Origin: Verrucomicrobiales bacterium
GTDB taxonomy: Bacteria > Verrucomicrobiota > Verrucomicrobiia > Limisphaerales > UBA11358
Length of the DNA: 64,000 nucleotides
Reading direction: 5' to 3'
NCBI GenBank assembly: GCA_028712475.1
Contig: JAQTQB010000001.1
Location: 458,180-522,179, forward strand
Part shown: in pieces, positions 10,082-19,312 of the stretch
How the letters are laid out: every line of letters begins with the position of its first letter
How positions within the stretch are numbered: position 1 is the stretch's first letter
The notes under the pieces: generated by a model
What the model saw: the letters and a program-made list of their open reading frames with translations, nothing else
What the model was told of the DNA's origin: nothing
Database searches by the model: none
Position numbers and translations under genes: made by a program

Positions 10082-11125
10082 TCAGCCGATTTTGGGCAGT
10101 CCAAACTTAAAAACTTTTTTGAAATCCGGCCAGCGGCCAAACCGCCAGCAGAAAAACCGCAGCATCCACCAGTCGCCGTGCCGGCGGAAATCCCGAACCT
10201 GCCTCCGCTTGGCGCGCACATGGCCGCGCAGCCGCCAGCAATCAATCAATGGCTCCAGGCTTGTCGTCCGCAACAATGACCAGCGCCGCTTGATCAGCAG
10301 CCAGAAAAATCCTTCCAGCAACAGCAACCCCGTAAACGCCACCGCCGTCAGCAGCAGAATGTGCTGGGAATGTTTCAGCAAGACCAGCATATGATTGCGG
10401 TTGGCATAAAACCGTTTGCGTTCGCTCGTGCGGAATTCCGTAATCTGTTCGCCGCCCTGCGGATTAACGGACGCTTCACCGCGATGGTGCAGGCGCGCTT
10501 TGGGAGCCGCCGCCACTTTGCCGCCGGAAATCCAGATCCGCCACGCCAGATCCGCCTCCTCGCCATACATGAAAAATTCCTCGTCGAACCCGCCCAGTTT
10601 CCGAAAGGCGTCTGCCCGGATGAAAGCGAAAGTGCTGGAGGAAAAACTGGTCGCGCGCCGGCTGCCGGGCCGGGCGATCACGCCCAATCCGAAAATATCA
10701 AATCCGTCGTCCAGCCACCATTGCATGGTGTCGTCGGCATAATCCATGATCAGCGAAGCCACTGCCGTCGCCTCGTTTTGATCGCCCGCCGCCACGAGTT
10801 CCTCCAGACAGGCTGGCTCCAGCCAGATGTCCGGGTTCACAAAAAAAAGATACCTGCCGCCCGCCGCCGCCGCGCCGCGATTGCAGCCGCCGCCAAAACC
10901 AAGGTTGCCGCCGTTCTGGATCACCGCCCCGTTCACCCAGCCCGTCATGCAGTCGCGCGCCACCTTTTCCGAGCCATCGCTTGATGCGTTGTCCGCGAAA
11001 ATGATTTCAACCTGCGAAAAAATGGTCTGCTGGCGCAACGACTCCAGGCAGCGCGGAATCCATCGGGCGGCGTTCCAGTTCAAAATGATGACGCTCACAA
11101 CGGGCGCTGGCGGGTTGACGTTCAT
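10082..11125 (-). CDS. Glycosyltransferase family 2 with C-terminal membrane segment
   Basis: VSVIILNWNAARWIPRCLESLRQQT...ADNASSDGS, followed by a hydrophobic C-terminal region. Confidence 0.85.
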   Translation of the reverse strand: MNVNPPAPVVSVIILNWNAARWIPRCLESLRQQTIFSQVEIIFADNASSDGSEKVARDCMTGWVNGAVIQNGGNLGFGGGCNRGAAAAGGRYLFFVNPDIWLEPACLEELVAAGDQNEATAVASLIMDYADDTMQWWLDDGFDIFGLGVIARPGSRRATSFSSSTFAFIRADAFRKLGGFDEEFFMYGEEADLAWRIWISGGKVAAAPKARLHHRGEASVNPQGGEQITEFRTSERKRFYANRNHMLVLLKHSQHILLLTAVAFTGLLLLEGFFWLLIKRRWSLLRTTSLEPLIDCWRLRGHVRAKRRQVRDFRRHGDWWMLRFFCWRFGRWPDFKKVFKFGLPKIG

Positions 11126-11278
11126 TGAAAATTCAGCGGCGCAGAACGTGCCAGACCCGATTTTCTAATTCAATCCATTTCCCTGGCGGCATCGCACAGT
11201 TTTGCCAGGCAAGAAGCGCTTGGAACAGGCGATGACGTTCAAACGTTCGCTTGCTTCCGCGTGTAAGTTGCAACTCTG

Positions 11279-14200
11279 CTACGGAGCAACAACGCGATAG
11301 AAACGCCCAGACATTTTTACCGCGTTTAAGTCATCGAAGTCGAATGTCCCGTCGCCTTGATCCTTGGCGACGCCGATTTTTTCCCAGTCCACGAGGTTGG
11401 TGGAGGCCTCAATGATATAAATCTGCTGATGCATCCCCGAAAAGTTCAGATGAATTTTACCATTGGCATGGGAGGAGGCCTTCAATGCCTTGTTGTTTGA
11501 GGCTTCACCACCGCCGGAAAGCGCGTTGATGATGCTCTGCGCCGCATCAATCAGTGATTGGGCCAGTTCAGGATCCAGCGGGCTGATTTGCGCGCTGACT
11601 TGATTTTGGAACGCCTGGAACTGGTTGATGGCCGCCGTTGGATTGCTGCGGTCTATCGAGGCCAGGGCGGCGTTTAAGATGGCAATCAGGGATTGTTTTT
11701 GAGACACATCCGCAACCGCATCCTTCAACCGGTCCACTGCTTGCGCGAGGGTGATTACTTCAACCGCGATCGTATTTTGGTTTGAAGCCAGCCCATCATT
11801 GACCAGCAACGTGATTGAATTGGTGCCAACGGGCAATGCCACGACGGCCACAATGCCCGCGGCCAGAGGATCGAGCGCACCGGTTTGATACCAATAATAC
11901 TGGAGCGAATCTCCGTCCGGGTCGAACGACAACGACCCGTCCAAAACAACCGTCGCGTTGGAATTGTTTACCGAAATCACCAATGGCGTGGTGGCAGATG
12001 CATCAGCCACCGGCGGATTATTTACCTTCAGAACGGCATTTGAACTTGTGCCCGATCCATAAAGATTCGTCACGGTGACAAAATAAGTTCCCGCATCAGA
12101 AACTTGAACGTTTGAAAGTGTCAAGGACGCGTTCGTGGCTCCGTCAATCGGCAAACCCTTGAAATTCCATTGATAATTTAATGGATCGGTTCCCATAGCT
12201 GTGATGCTGAACGTTGCATTATCGCCCACAGTAACCAATAGATTCGCGGGTTGCGAAGTAATAACCGGAGGAGCGGTGTATAACTGTTGAATTTCGTTGG
12301 TTGAAAGCGCGCGACTGTAGATTCGGACATCATCCACTGCGCCGTTCAGATAATTGTTGTAAGCGGGCGCAAACCGGCCGATAGTCCGGCTGGCCTCGCC
12401 GTTGATCGTGCTCCCATAATTTGATGGAACGTTGGTCGGTGCTCCGGGTTCGGCAGCAGCAAATTCACGATTACCATTAACATAAAGCTTCAAGGTTCCG
12501 CCTTCGTCCACCATCACCACGTAATACCACCGGTTCGATTGCGGGAAAGTTGTGCTGGCCACCTCAACATTCACGAGCCCGTCCCAACAATTCGCCACAA
12601 ATCCATAACCAGGGTCAAAGAACAATCTATATGAACACGGCGGATTATTAGGAGAGGCACGGTCCATGATTAACTCCTCGCGTTGCGCGAGACTCGCCAG
12701 ATTGACCCACGTTGCAACCGTATAGTAATTGGAACGCGCATCAAAGTTCAATTGCTTGGCTATATCGGGGACAATCAGATAAAAGTTCTGGCCATTGAAA
12801 GAATACGCTGAATTGTTCTTTCCAAACCGATCTGGAACCGGCACGGCTCCATTCACCTGGCCGTCATGCCCGTTGCCGCTGGCGTCCAAAGCGTTCCCGT
12901 CAAAGGGATAGTGCAGCAGCAATCCATCGTTCAATGTCGGTTCAACGACGTTTAATGTCGCATTGCTGCTTAAAACAGAACCAGCAATGTTTGTGATTAA
13001 TACAGAATAATTCCCAGCATCTGTGAATTGCACATTCGGAATCATCAAGGTCAAGCCAGTTGCTCCGGGAATATTTGTCCCATTTAATTTCCATTGATAG
13101 CTCAATGGGGTTGTCCCTGTCGCACCCACACTAAAACTAACTGTTGAACCAACATAATTTGTAACACTTGTCGGCTGATTCGTGATTGCAGGCGGACTAT
13201 TAATCGGCGACGCGGCTAACTGCTGGATTTCGCTCGCTGAAAGCGCATGGCCATAGATGCGAACGTCATCCAAAGCGCCTTTGAAATAGTTGCCATAAGA
13301 TAAACCGGCGAAGCGACCGATGGAACGGTTGGTTTGTGTGTTTACCGTGCTTCCAAAGCCGGAAGGCATATTAGTTGGCGCGCCCGGCTCGCCTTGAGCG
13401 AGTTCGCGGTTGCCGTTAACATAGAGCTTTATGGTTCCGCCTTCGTCCACCATAGCCACATGATACCACTGATTGCTAACCAGGTGCGTCACACTGGCAA
13501 CCTCAAGGTTTATAATCCCATCCCAGCAACTTGCAATTAGTCCATATGTGGGGTCGAAAAATAAATCATAAGAAGCATGTGGGTTACCGACAGACCCTCG
13601 ATCCATTATCAATTCCTGTCTGGTTGTGACATTCGACAGGTTAAGCCAGAAAGCAATGGTGTAGTAATTGGAGCGCGCGTCAAAATTCAATTGTTTGGAT
13701 TGGTCTGGCACTAAAATATATGCGCTCGATCCATTGAATGAATATGCAGAGTTCGCCGTTCCAAAGCGGTCGGGACACAACGCAGCACCATTCACCTGTC
13801 CGTTATGGTTGTTACCACTGGTGTCCAGAGCATTTCCATCAAAAGGATAATGTAATAACAGCCCACTATCCAAGGAGGATGAAGTGCATTTCCCGGCACT
13901 GCCGGCAGTATAGATGGCCGCAATTTCAGGGGCCGATAGAGCACGACTGTAAATGCTCATTTCATCCAGATCGCCGACATAATTAAATTGCAATGCTCCC
14001 CCCAGATAGGTTCGCGCTCCCAATAGAAGATTCCCAGTGGTCCTTGGGGTGAAAACACCCAGATTTGAATTCGCAACCAAAACCCCGTTCCGATAAAGGG
14101 ACGCCAGCCCGGTAGCCTTATCATACGTCAACGCCACATGCTGATAACCAGAGGAAAGAATTCCTGCCGGAGTTGAAAACGAATGTGGGTTATTAGCTGT

Positions 14201-17200
14201 GTCCATCACATTGGCATACAGGCAGCCCGCTCCGCCAACGGCTGATATCCAGAAATGAACTCCGTTTTGAACTCCGTCAAACTGCCATTCAAACAGGGGA
14301 AGCTGGTTTATGAGATTGCCGGGCTGAATCCAGCCTTCAAGCGTAAATCCTGCGCCCAGCCCCACATTCAATGATGGCGACGCGGGCACCTGAACAAATC
14401 CGCCACCGCCATTATAATGAAAGGCCGAACCGACTTTTCCGGCACTGTATGAAATCACCCCGTTCGTCACGAACCCGTTGTTCCCGCCAATGCTGTCGAG
14501 AGCATTTCCCTCGGCACGCCACCAACTGACGAGGCCGGAGGGTGCGGACGTGCAGGAAGGCACAGCGACCGTCAGGACAGCGTTGCTGCTTAAAGCAGAA
14601 TCTACCGCATTTTCAACCTGCACTGAATAAATTCCTGCATCGGCAAGTTGCACATTAGACAACGTCAGCGTGTCATTGGTTGCGCCAATGATATTCGTTC
14701 CGTTAAACTTCCATTGATAAATCAACGGGGCCGTCCCAGTGGCCGTCACGTTGAAATTCGCCACGCCGCCCACGGTCACCGTCTGGTTGGTCGGCTGTGA
14801 AGTAATGCTCGGCGCCGTCGCGAACGGAACGAGGTTGCGATAGATGGAGATGGTGGCATCATAGAAGTTGCCGAAAGTGATGTCCGGCCGGCCGTCCCCA
14901 TCCAGATCACCAACAGATATGCCAACGGGATTATAGCCCGCAGAGTAGTCCACCCGCGCCATCAGCGACGTCGGCGTGAAACTTCCCGGCACGCTCACAT
15001 TCTTGAAGATCGAGAACACGCTGGGTAATTGGGTGGCCAGCGCAATGTCGAGTTTTCCGTCCCCGTCCAAATCCGCAAGCGTAAGGGTATTTACCCAACC
15101 CGGTGCCGCAAAATCCACCCGGGCGGCAAAAGAACTGGTGGTGATGCTGCCAACCGAGGACGTGTTCCGATAGACTGAAAACGCTTGGGAGTTCTGTGCG
15201 CCCCCGATGAGCAAATCCAGCTTGCCATCGCCATCCATGTCACCAATGGCAATCGAAAAACAAGTCGCTAGGGCCGGAAAGTCCACTCCGGAGGCAAATG
15301 AGTTGGTCGTAATGCTGTTTCCAGTGCCTAGGTTTCGGAATACGGACAGTGTGTTGCCATAGTAATTGCCCACCACCAAGTCCGGCTTGCTGTCACCATC
15401 CAAATCGCCAATGGCCACGCTGGCTGAACCATTGCCGGTAACAAAGTTGACTCTGGCGGCAAAGGCGATGTTCCCGATGGTGCTCGTGTTCTGGAAAATT
15501 GACACGCCGCCGGGAGATGTCTGGCTGGCTGTCACTATCTCCGGCTTGCCATCGCCATTCAAATCCTGCACCGCCAACCCGCGCAGGAAGGTTCCCGCCG
15601 GCAAATCTATCCGGGCGGCAAACGAATTGGTCGTCAAGCTTCCCGGTGAACCGATGTTTCTTAGGATGGAAACAACATTGTTATCCGCATTGAGCGCGAT
15701 GAGGTCGAGCCGCCCGTCGCCATCCACATCGGCCGCTGCAATCGTAAATGGGCTTGACCCGCTGCTGGGCAGCAGCAGCGGCAACACAACCCGCGACGCA
15801 AAAGAACCCGCCGTCAGCGAACCGGACGTGCTGATGTTTCGATAGATGGAAATTTTGGCGATGCTGGAATCGGCAATGGCCAAATCCGGCTTGCCGTCGC
15901 CATCCAAATCCGCAATCACAACCTTGCCCGGTCCCGTTCCGGCTGGCAAATCCAGACGCGCCGCCAGCGAAGAACTGTCAATCATCCCGCTGCCGGAAAA
16001 CGTGGGCAGGAACGGCTGATTGGCATAGGCGGTCAATCCATTCACCGTCACCGTGATTGGCACAAAGGTCGCACCCGTCGGCATCACGACCGTCAGATTC
16101 GTAACACTGGCGTCCGTCACCGCCGCCTGCACGGCCCCAAAATAGACGGTGTTGTTCGCGGCCACGGGACTGAAATTGGTTCCAGTAAGCGTAATACTCA
16201 CGCCGTTCGTCGCGGATGCCGGGCTGAAAGCCGTGATTATCGGAACTGGCAGCGGAGGATTGGCTGGCACGCATTTGCCGGCGCTGCCGGCGTTGTAAAT
16301 GGCGGCAATTTCAGCGGCAGACAGCGCGCGGTTGTAGATGCCCACCTCGTCCAAAAGCCCTTGGTATGGGCCATAGGAATCAAACGGATGGCCGAATACT
16401 GAACCATAAGAGTTCCCCAAGTCCTTGGAAGGGTAGACAAATGACCGGCTGCTGGTGATTCCTGTCCTGACATTCACCCCATTCACATAAAGTGTGGGCT
16501 GTTTGTTCACATAAACCACGGCTACGTGGATCCATCCATTGATCAGATTCGTATAGCTTAGCATTGATGGCATGTAATCGTGCGCATGTTCAATGACGGA
16601 TATTCCATTCGTTCCCACACAGACTCCGACCCCAGCCTGGCCGTCTAATCCGCCCCAGTCTGGAAAAATGGCGTAGCTTTGGCCGCTGATGCCGGGGTAA
16701 CCGCTGTTATTTTCCGGGGCAATATCAAATCCCTTCTGCGGATACGCCCAAAATTCCATTGTGAATGAGTTCTGGATGTTTGTCATCGGCGGCGTATTGG
16801 TATTCATCACGCAACCAGTGACGCCATCAAAAGAAAATGCCTGACCGACCTCGCCATTGGCATAGCCTGTTCCTGGATAAACAAGCCCAGATGGCCCGCC
16901 CGCCACATTATTGGCGTTCCCTTCCGCCCGCCACCACGAAATCAAATTTGAGGGTGCAGGATCACAGGGCGGTGTGATTTGTGAAAACGGAGTGGCGTTC
17001 GTCAATATCGAAAGATTGTTGCCATGAAAATTCGCGCTAATTAAATCCAGCTTGCCGTCCCCGTTGACATCCACCGCTATGACACCATTGGGACTGGATG
17101 AGCCTACGCCCGGCAAGGCGGCCAGGGCAAATTCGCCGCCGCCTTTGTTTGTAAACACCGAAAGCGTATTGTCAAACTGGTTTACGTTAATCAAATCCAC

Positions 17201-18076
17201 CTTGCCATCCCCGCTGATGTCCGCCGCCGTGACAGAACAAGGATAGTTACCCACGCCCGGCGAGGAGGCCAGCGCAAAACCGCCGCCGCCGTTATTCGTC
17301 AACACCGAGAGCGAACTGCCATACGCGTTCGCGTTAATCAAATCCACCTTGCCATCCCCGTTCACATCCGCTGCTGTAATGCCATACGGCCCGCTGCCAA
17401 CTCCCGGTGAGGACGCCAGCGCGAAGCCGCCGCCATTATTCGTCAGCACCGTCAGCGTGTTGCCATTAATATTTGCGCTAATTAAATCCACCTTGCCATC
17501 TCCGTTGACATCCGCCGCCACGACCGAATAAGGATTACTACCCACCCCTGGAGAGGAGGCCAGCACAAAACCGCCACTACCATTATTCGTCAGCACCGTC
17601 AGCGTGTTATTTCCGCCGTTTACGCTAATTAGATCCGCCTTGCCATCTCCGTTGACATCCGCCGCCGTGACCATCCGTGGATCGTTGCCCACAGCATGGG
17701 TGCTGGATATCACGAAGCCGCCGCTTCCGTTGTTAGTCAACACCGAAAGGGAATTGTCCGAATTGTTCACGCAAATCAACTCTGCCTTGCCATCCCCGCT
17801 CACATCCGCCGCCGTGACCCAAATAGGCGTGTTGCCCACGGCCGGAGAGGAGGCCAACACAAAGCCGCCACTGCCGTTGTTGGTCAGCACCGTCAACGTG
17901 TTGTCCAAACCGTTCGCGCTGATCAAATCCATCTTGCCATCCCCGTTGACATCCGTCGCAACGACCATCCAAGGTTGGTTGCCCACGCCTGGCGAGGAAG
18001 AAAGCGTGAAAGAGACTTGCGCCTGTAGCTGGCAGCCGAGCACACACATGGCGATGAATGTGAGATTTATCTTCAT
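11279..18076 (-). CDS. Giant secreted FG-GAP/VCBS - LamG - IPT/Ig multidomain protein (adhesin-like)
   Basis: Signal peptide MKINLTFIAMCVLGCQLQAQ. Two blocks of ~7 FG-GAP/VCBS blades (DVNGDGKxDLI..LTVLTNNG; DLDGDGKPDL..SIYRN). Four LamG/ConA-like modules ending (I/R)Y(N/S/G)(R/H)ALSxxEI. One IPT/TIG-like module and three Ig-like modules (..YQWKxNGTNIxGAT..). Also a DPDGD PKD-like module and a C-terminal beta module ending FYRVVAP. Confidence 0.9.
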   Translation of the reverse strand: MKINLTFIAMCVLGCQLQAQVSFTLSSSPGVGNQPWMVVATDVNGDGKMDLISANGLDNTLTVLTNNGSGGFVLASSPAVGNTPIWVTAADVSGDGKAELICVNNSDNSLSVLTNNGSGGFVISSTHAVGNDPRMVTAADVNGDGKADLISVNGGNNTLTVLTNNGSGGFVLASSPGVGSNPYSVVAADVNGDGKVDLISANINGNTLTVLTNNGGGFALASSPGVGSGPYGITAADVNGDGKVDLINANAYGSSLSVLTNNGGGGFALASSPGVGNYPCSVTAADISGDGKVDLINVNQFDNTLSVFTNKGGGEFALAALPGVGSSSPNGVIAVDVNGDGKLDLISANFHGNNLSILTNATPFSQITPPCDPAPSNLISWWRAEGNANNVAGGPSGLVYPGTGYANGEVGQAFSFDGVTGCVMNTNTPPMTNIQNSFTMEFWAYPQKGFDIAPENNSGYPGISGQSYAIFPDWGGLDGQAGVGVCVGTNGISVIEHAHDYMPSMLSYTNLINGWIHVAVVYVNKQPTLYVNGVNVRTGITSSRSFVYPSKDLGNSYGSVFGHPFDSYGPYQGLLDEVGIYNRALSAAEIAAIYNAGSAGKCVPANPPLPVPIITAFSPASATNGVSITLTGTNFSPVAANNTVYFGAVQAAVTDASVTNLTVVMPTGATFVPITVTVNGLTAYANQPFLPTFSGSGMIDSSSLAARLDLPAGTGPGKVVIADLDGDGKPDLAIADSSIAKISIYRNISTSGSLTAGSFASRVVLPLLLPSSGSSPFTIAAADVDGDGRLDLIALNADNNVVSILRNIGSPGSLTTNSFAARIDLPAGTFLRGLAVQDLNGDGKPEIVTASQTSPGGVSIFQNTSTIGNIAFAARVNFVTGNGSASVAIGDLDGDSKPDLVVGNYYGNTLSVFRNLGTGNSITTNSFASGVDFPALATCFSIAIGDMDGDGKLDLLIGGAQNSQAFSVYRNTSSVGSITTSSFAARVDFAAPGWVNTLTLADLDGDGKLDIALATQLPSVFSIFKNVSVPGSFTPTSLMARVDYSAGYNPVGISVGDLDGDGRPDITFGNFYDATISIYRNLVPFATAPSITSQPTNQTVTVGGVANFNVTATGTAPLIYQWKFNGTNIIGATNDTLTLSNVQLADAGIYSVQVENAVDSALSSNAVLTVAVPSCTSAPSGLVSWWRAEGNALDSIGGNNGFVTNGVISYSAGKVGSAFHYNGGGGFVQVPASPSLNVGLGAGFTLEGWIQPGNLINQLPLFEWQFDGVQNGVHFWISAVGGAGCLYANVMDTANNPHSFSTPAGILSSGYQHVALTYDKATGLASLYRNGVLVANSNLGVFTPRTTGNLLLGARTYLGGALQFNYVGDLDEMSIYSRALSAPEIAAIYTAGSAGKCTSSSLDSGLLLHYPFDGNALDTSGNNHNGQVNGAALCPDRFGTANSAYSFNGSSAYILVPDQSKQLNFDARSNYYTIAFWLNLSNVTTRQELIMDRGSVGNPHASYDLFFDPTYGLIASCWDGIINLEVASVTHLVSNQWYHVAMVDEGGTIKLYVNGNRELAQGEPGAPTNMPSGFGSTVNTQTNRSIGRFAGLSYGNYFKGALDDVRIYGHALSASEIQQLAASPINSPPAITNQPTSVTNYVGSTVSFSVGATGTTPLSYQWKLNGTNIPGATGLTLMIPNVQFTDAGNYSVLITNIAGSVLSSNATLNVVEPTLNDGLLLHYPFDGNALDASGNGHDGQVNGAVPVPDRFGKNNSAYSFNGQNFYLIVPDIAKQLNFDARSNYYTVATWVNLASLAQREELIMDRASPNNPPCSYRLFFDPGYGFVANCWDGLVNVEVASTTFPQSNRWYYVVMVDEGGTLKLYVNGNREFAAAEPGAPTNVPSNYGSTINGEASRTIGRFAPAYNNYLNGAVDDVRIYSRALSTNEIQQLYTAPPVITSQPANLLVTVGDNATFSITAMGTDPLNYQWNFKGLPIDGATNASLTLSNVQVSDAGTYFVTVTNLYGSGTSSNAVLKVNNPPVADASATTPLVISVNNSNATVVLDGSLSFDPDGDSLQYYWYQTGALDPLAAGIVAVVALPVGTNSITLLVNDGLASNQNTIAVEVITLAQAVDRLKDAVADVSQKQSLIAILNAALASIDRSNPTAAINQFQAFQNQVSAQISPLDPELAQSLIDAAQSIINALSGGGEASNNKALKASSHANGKIHLNFSGMHQQIYIIEASTNLVDWEKIGVAKDQGDGTFDFDDLNAVKMSGRFYRVVAP

Positions 18077-18341
18077 AATTCCTTTAGCTGAATTTTAAGG
18101 TTCCCCTTTTTGTGGTTTGCACGGACTAGAGTTTACTAGAAAGTCGCTTATGTCAAGTTAAACCTCTGTCTTTACGGAACCTAACCTGGTTTATTCACCG
18201 GCTTAATGGCAGCGTGCGCCATACTAAAACCAGCTATTTTTGCAGGAAAAGCCGGCTGGGCAGCAGGCAAACCACCACACCGGTCACGGCAGCGAATCCA
18301 ATAGACAAATCCGCGCGGAGCGGTTTTCATGCGTGCCGGCA

Positions 18342-19310
18342 ATGGTAAAAAATTCAACCTGTCTGGTCACTGGCGCCGCCGGATTCATCGGCAGCCATCT
18401 CGTGGACGCGCTGCTTGCACGCGGCGCGATGGTCACGGGCATTGACAACATGAAACTGGGCCGCCGCGAAAACCTTTCGGCCGCACTCCAAAATCCGCGA
18501 TTCAAGTTCTTCGGGGCGGACGTAAATGATCTGGCCGCCTTCAGCAAAATCATTTCCGAGCAATCTGCGTCAGCACCGTTCGCCGTCGTGTGGCACATGG
18601 CCGCAAATTCCGACATCCGCGCGGGCGGCGTGGATCCGGACGTGGATTATCGCGACACGTTTCTCACCACGCACAGCCTGCTGAAGCTGATGCGCGAGCA
18701 TAAAATTCCCCGGATCGCGTTCGCCTCGACCTCGGCGATTTATGGCGACCTTAAACAGCCGTTGACCGAGGACATCGGGCCGCTGTTCCCCATTTCCAAT
18801 TACGGCGCGATGAAGCTCGCCAGCGAAGCCGCCATTTCCGCCGCCACCGAAAGTTTTCTGGAGCGCGCGTGGATCTTTCGTTTCCCGAACGTCGTCGGCA
18901 GCCGCGCCACGCACGGCGCGATCTATGATTTCATCCACAAGCTCAAAAAGAATCCCGCCGAACTCGAAGTCCTCGGCGACGGCACGCAGGAGAAACCCTA
19001 TTTCCACGTCGCCGATCTGATTGAAGCGATGCTGTTCATCACGGACAACGCGCAGGAAAAATTAAATTTTTTCAATATCGGCACGAGCGATACCATCACG
19101 ACGGTGAGTTATCTCGCGGAAGCCACGATTCGCGTCGCGTCGTCCAAGGCAAAAATTCGCTATACCGGTGGCAATCGCGGCTGGGTCGGTGATGTGCCAA
19201 AAGTCAATTACTGCGTGGATAAATTGAAAAAACTCGGCTGGTCACCGCGCCTCACCTCCAACCAGGCCGTGGACCGCGCAGTCGCGGAAATCGTGGCGGA
19301 AAATTCCTGA
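18342..19310 (+). CDS. NAD-dependent epimerase/dehydratase (SDR)
   Basis: CLVTGAAGFIGSHLVDALLARG and YGAMKLASE (YxxxK). The ATG at 18342 is preferred over the TTG at 18240. Paralogous to 23140-24090. Confidence 0.85.
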   Translation: MVKNSTCLVTGAAGFIGSHLVDALLARGAMVTGIDNMKLGRRENLSAALQNPRFKFFGADVNDLAAFSKIISEQSASAPFAVVWHMAANSDIRAGGVDPDVDYRDTFLTTHSLLKLMREHKIPRIAFASTSAIYGDLKQPLTEDIGPLFPISNYGAMKLASEAAISAATESFLERAWIFRFPNVVGSRATHGAIYDFIHKLKKNPAELEVLGDGTQEKPYFHVADLIEAMLFITDNAQEKLNFFNIGTSDTITTVSYLAEATIRVASSKAKIRYTGGNRGWVGDVPKVNYCVDKLKKLGWSPRLTSNQAVDRAVAEIVAENS

Positions 19311-19312
19311 AC

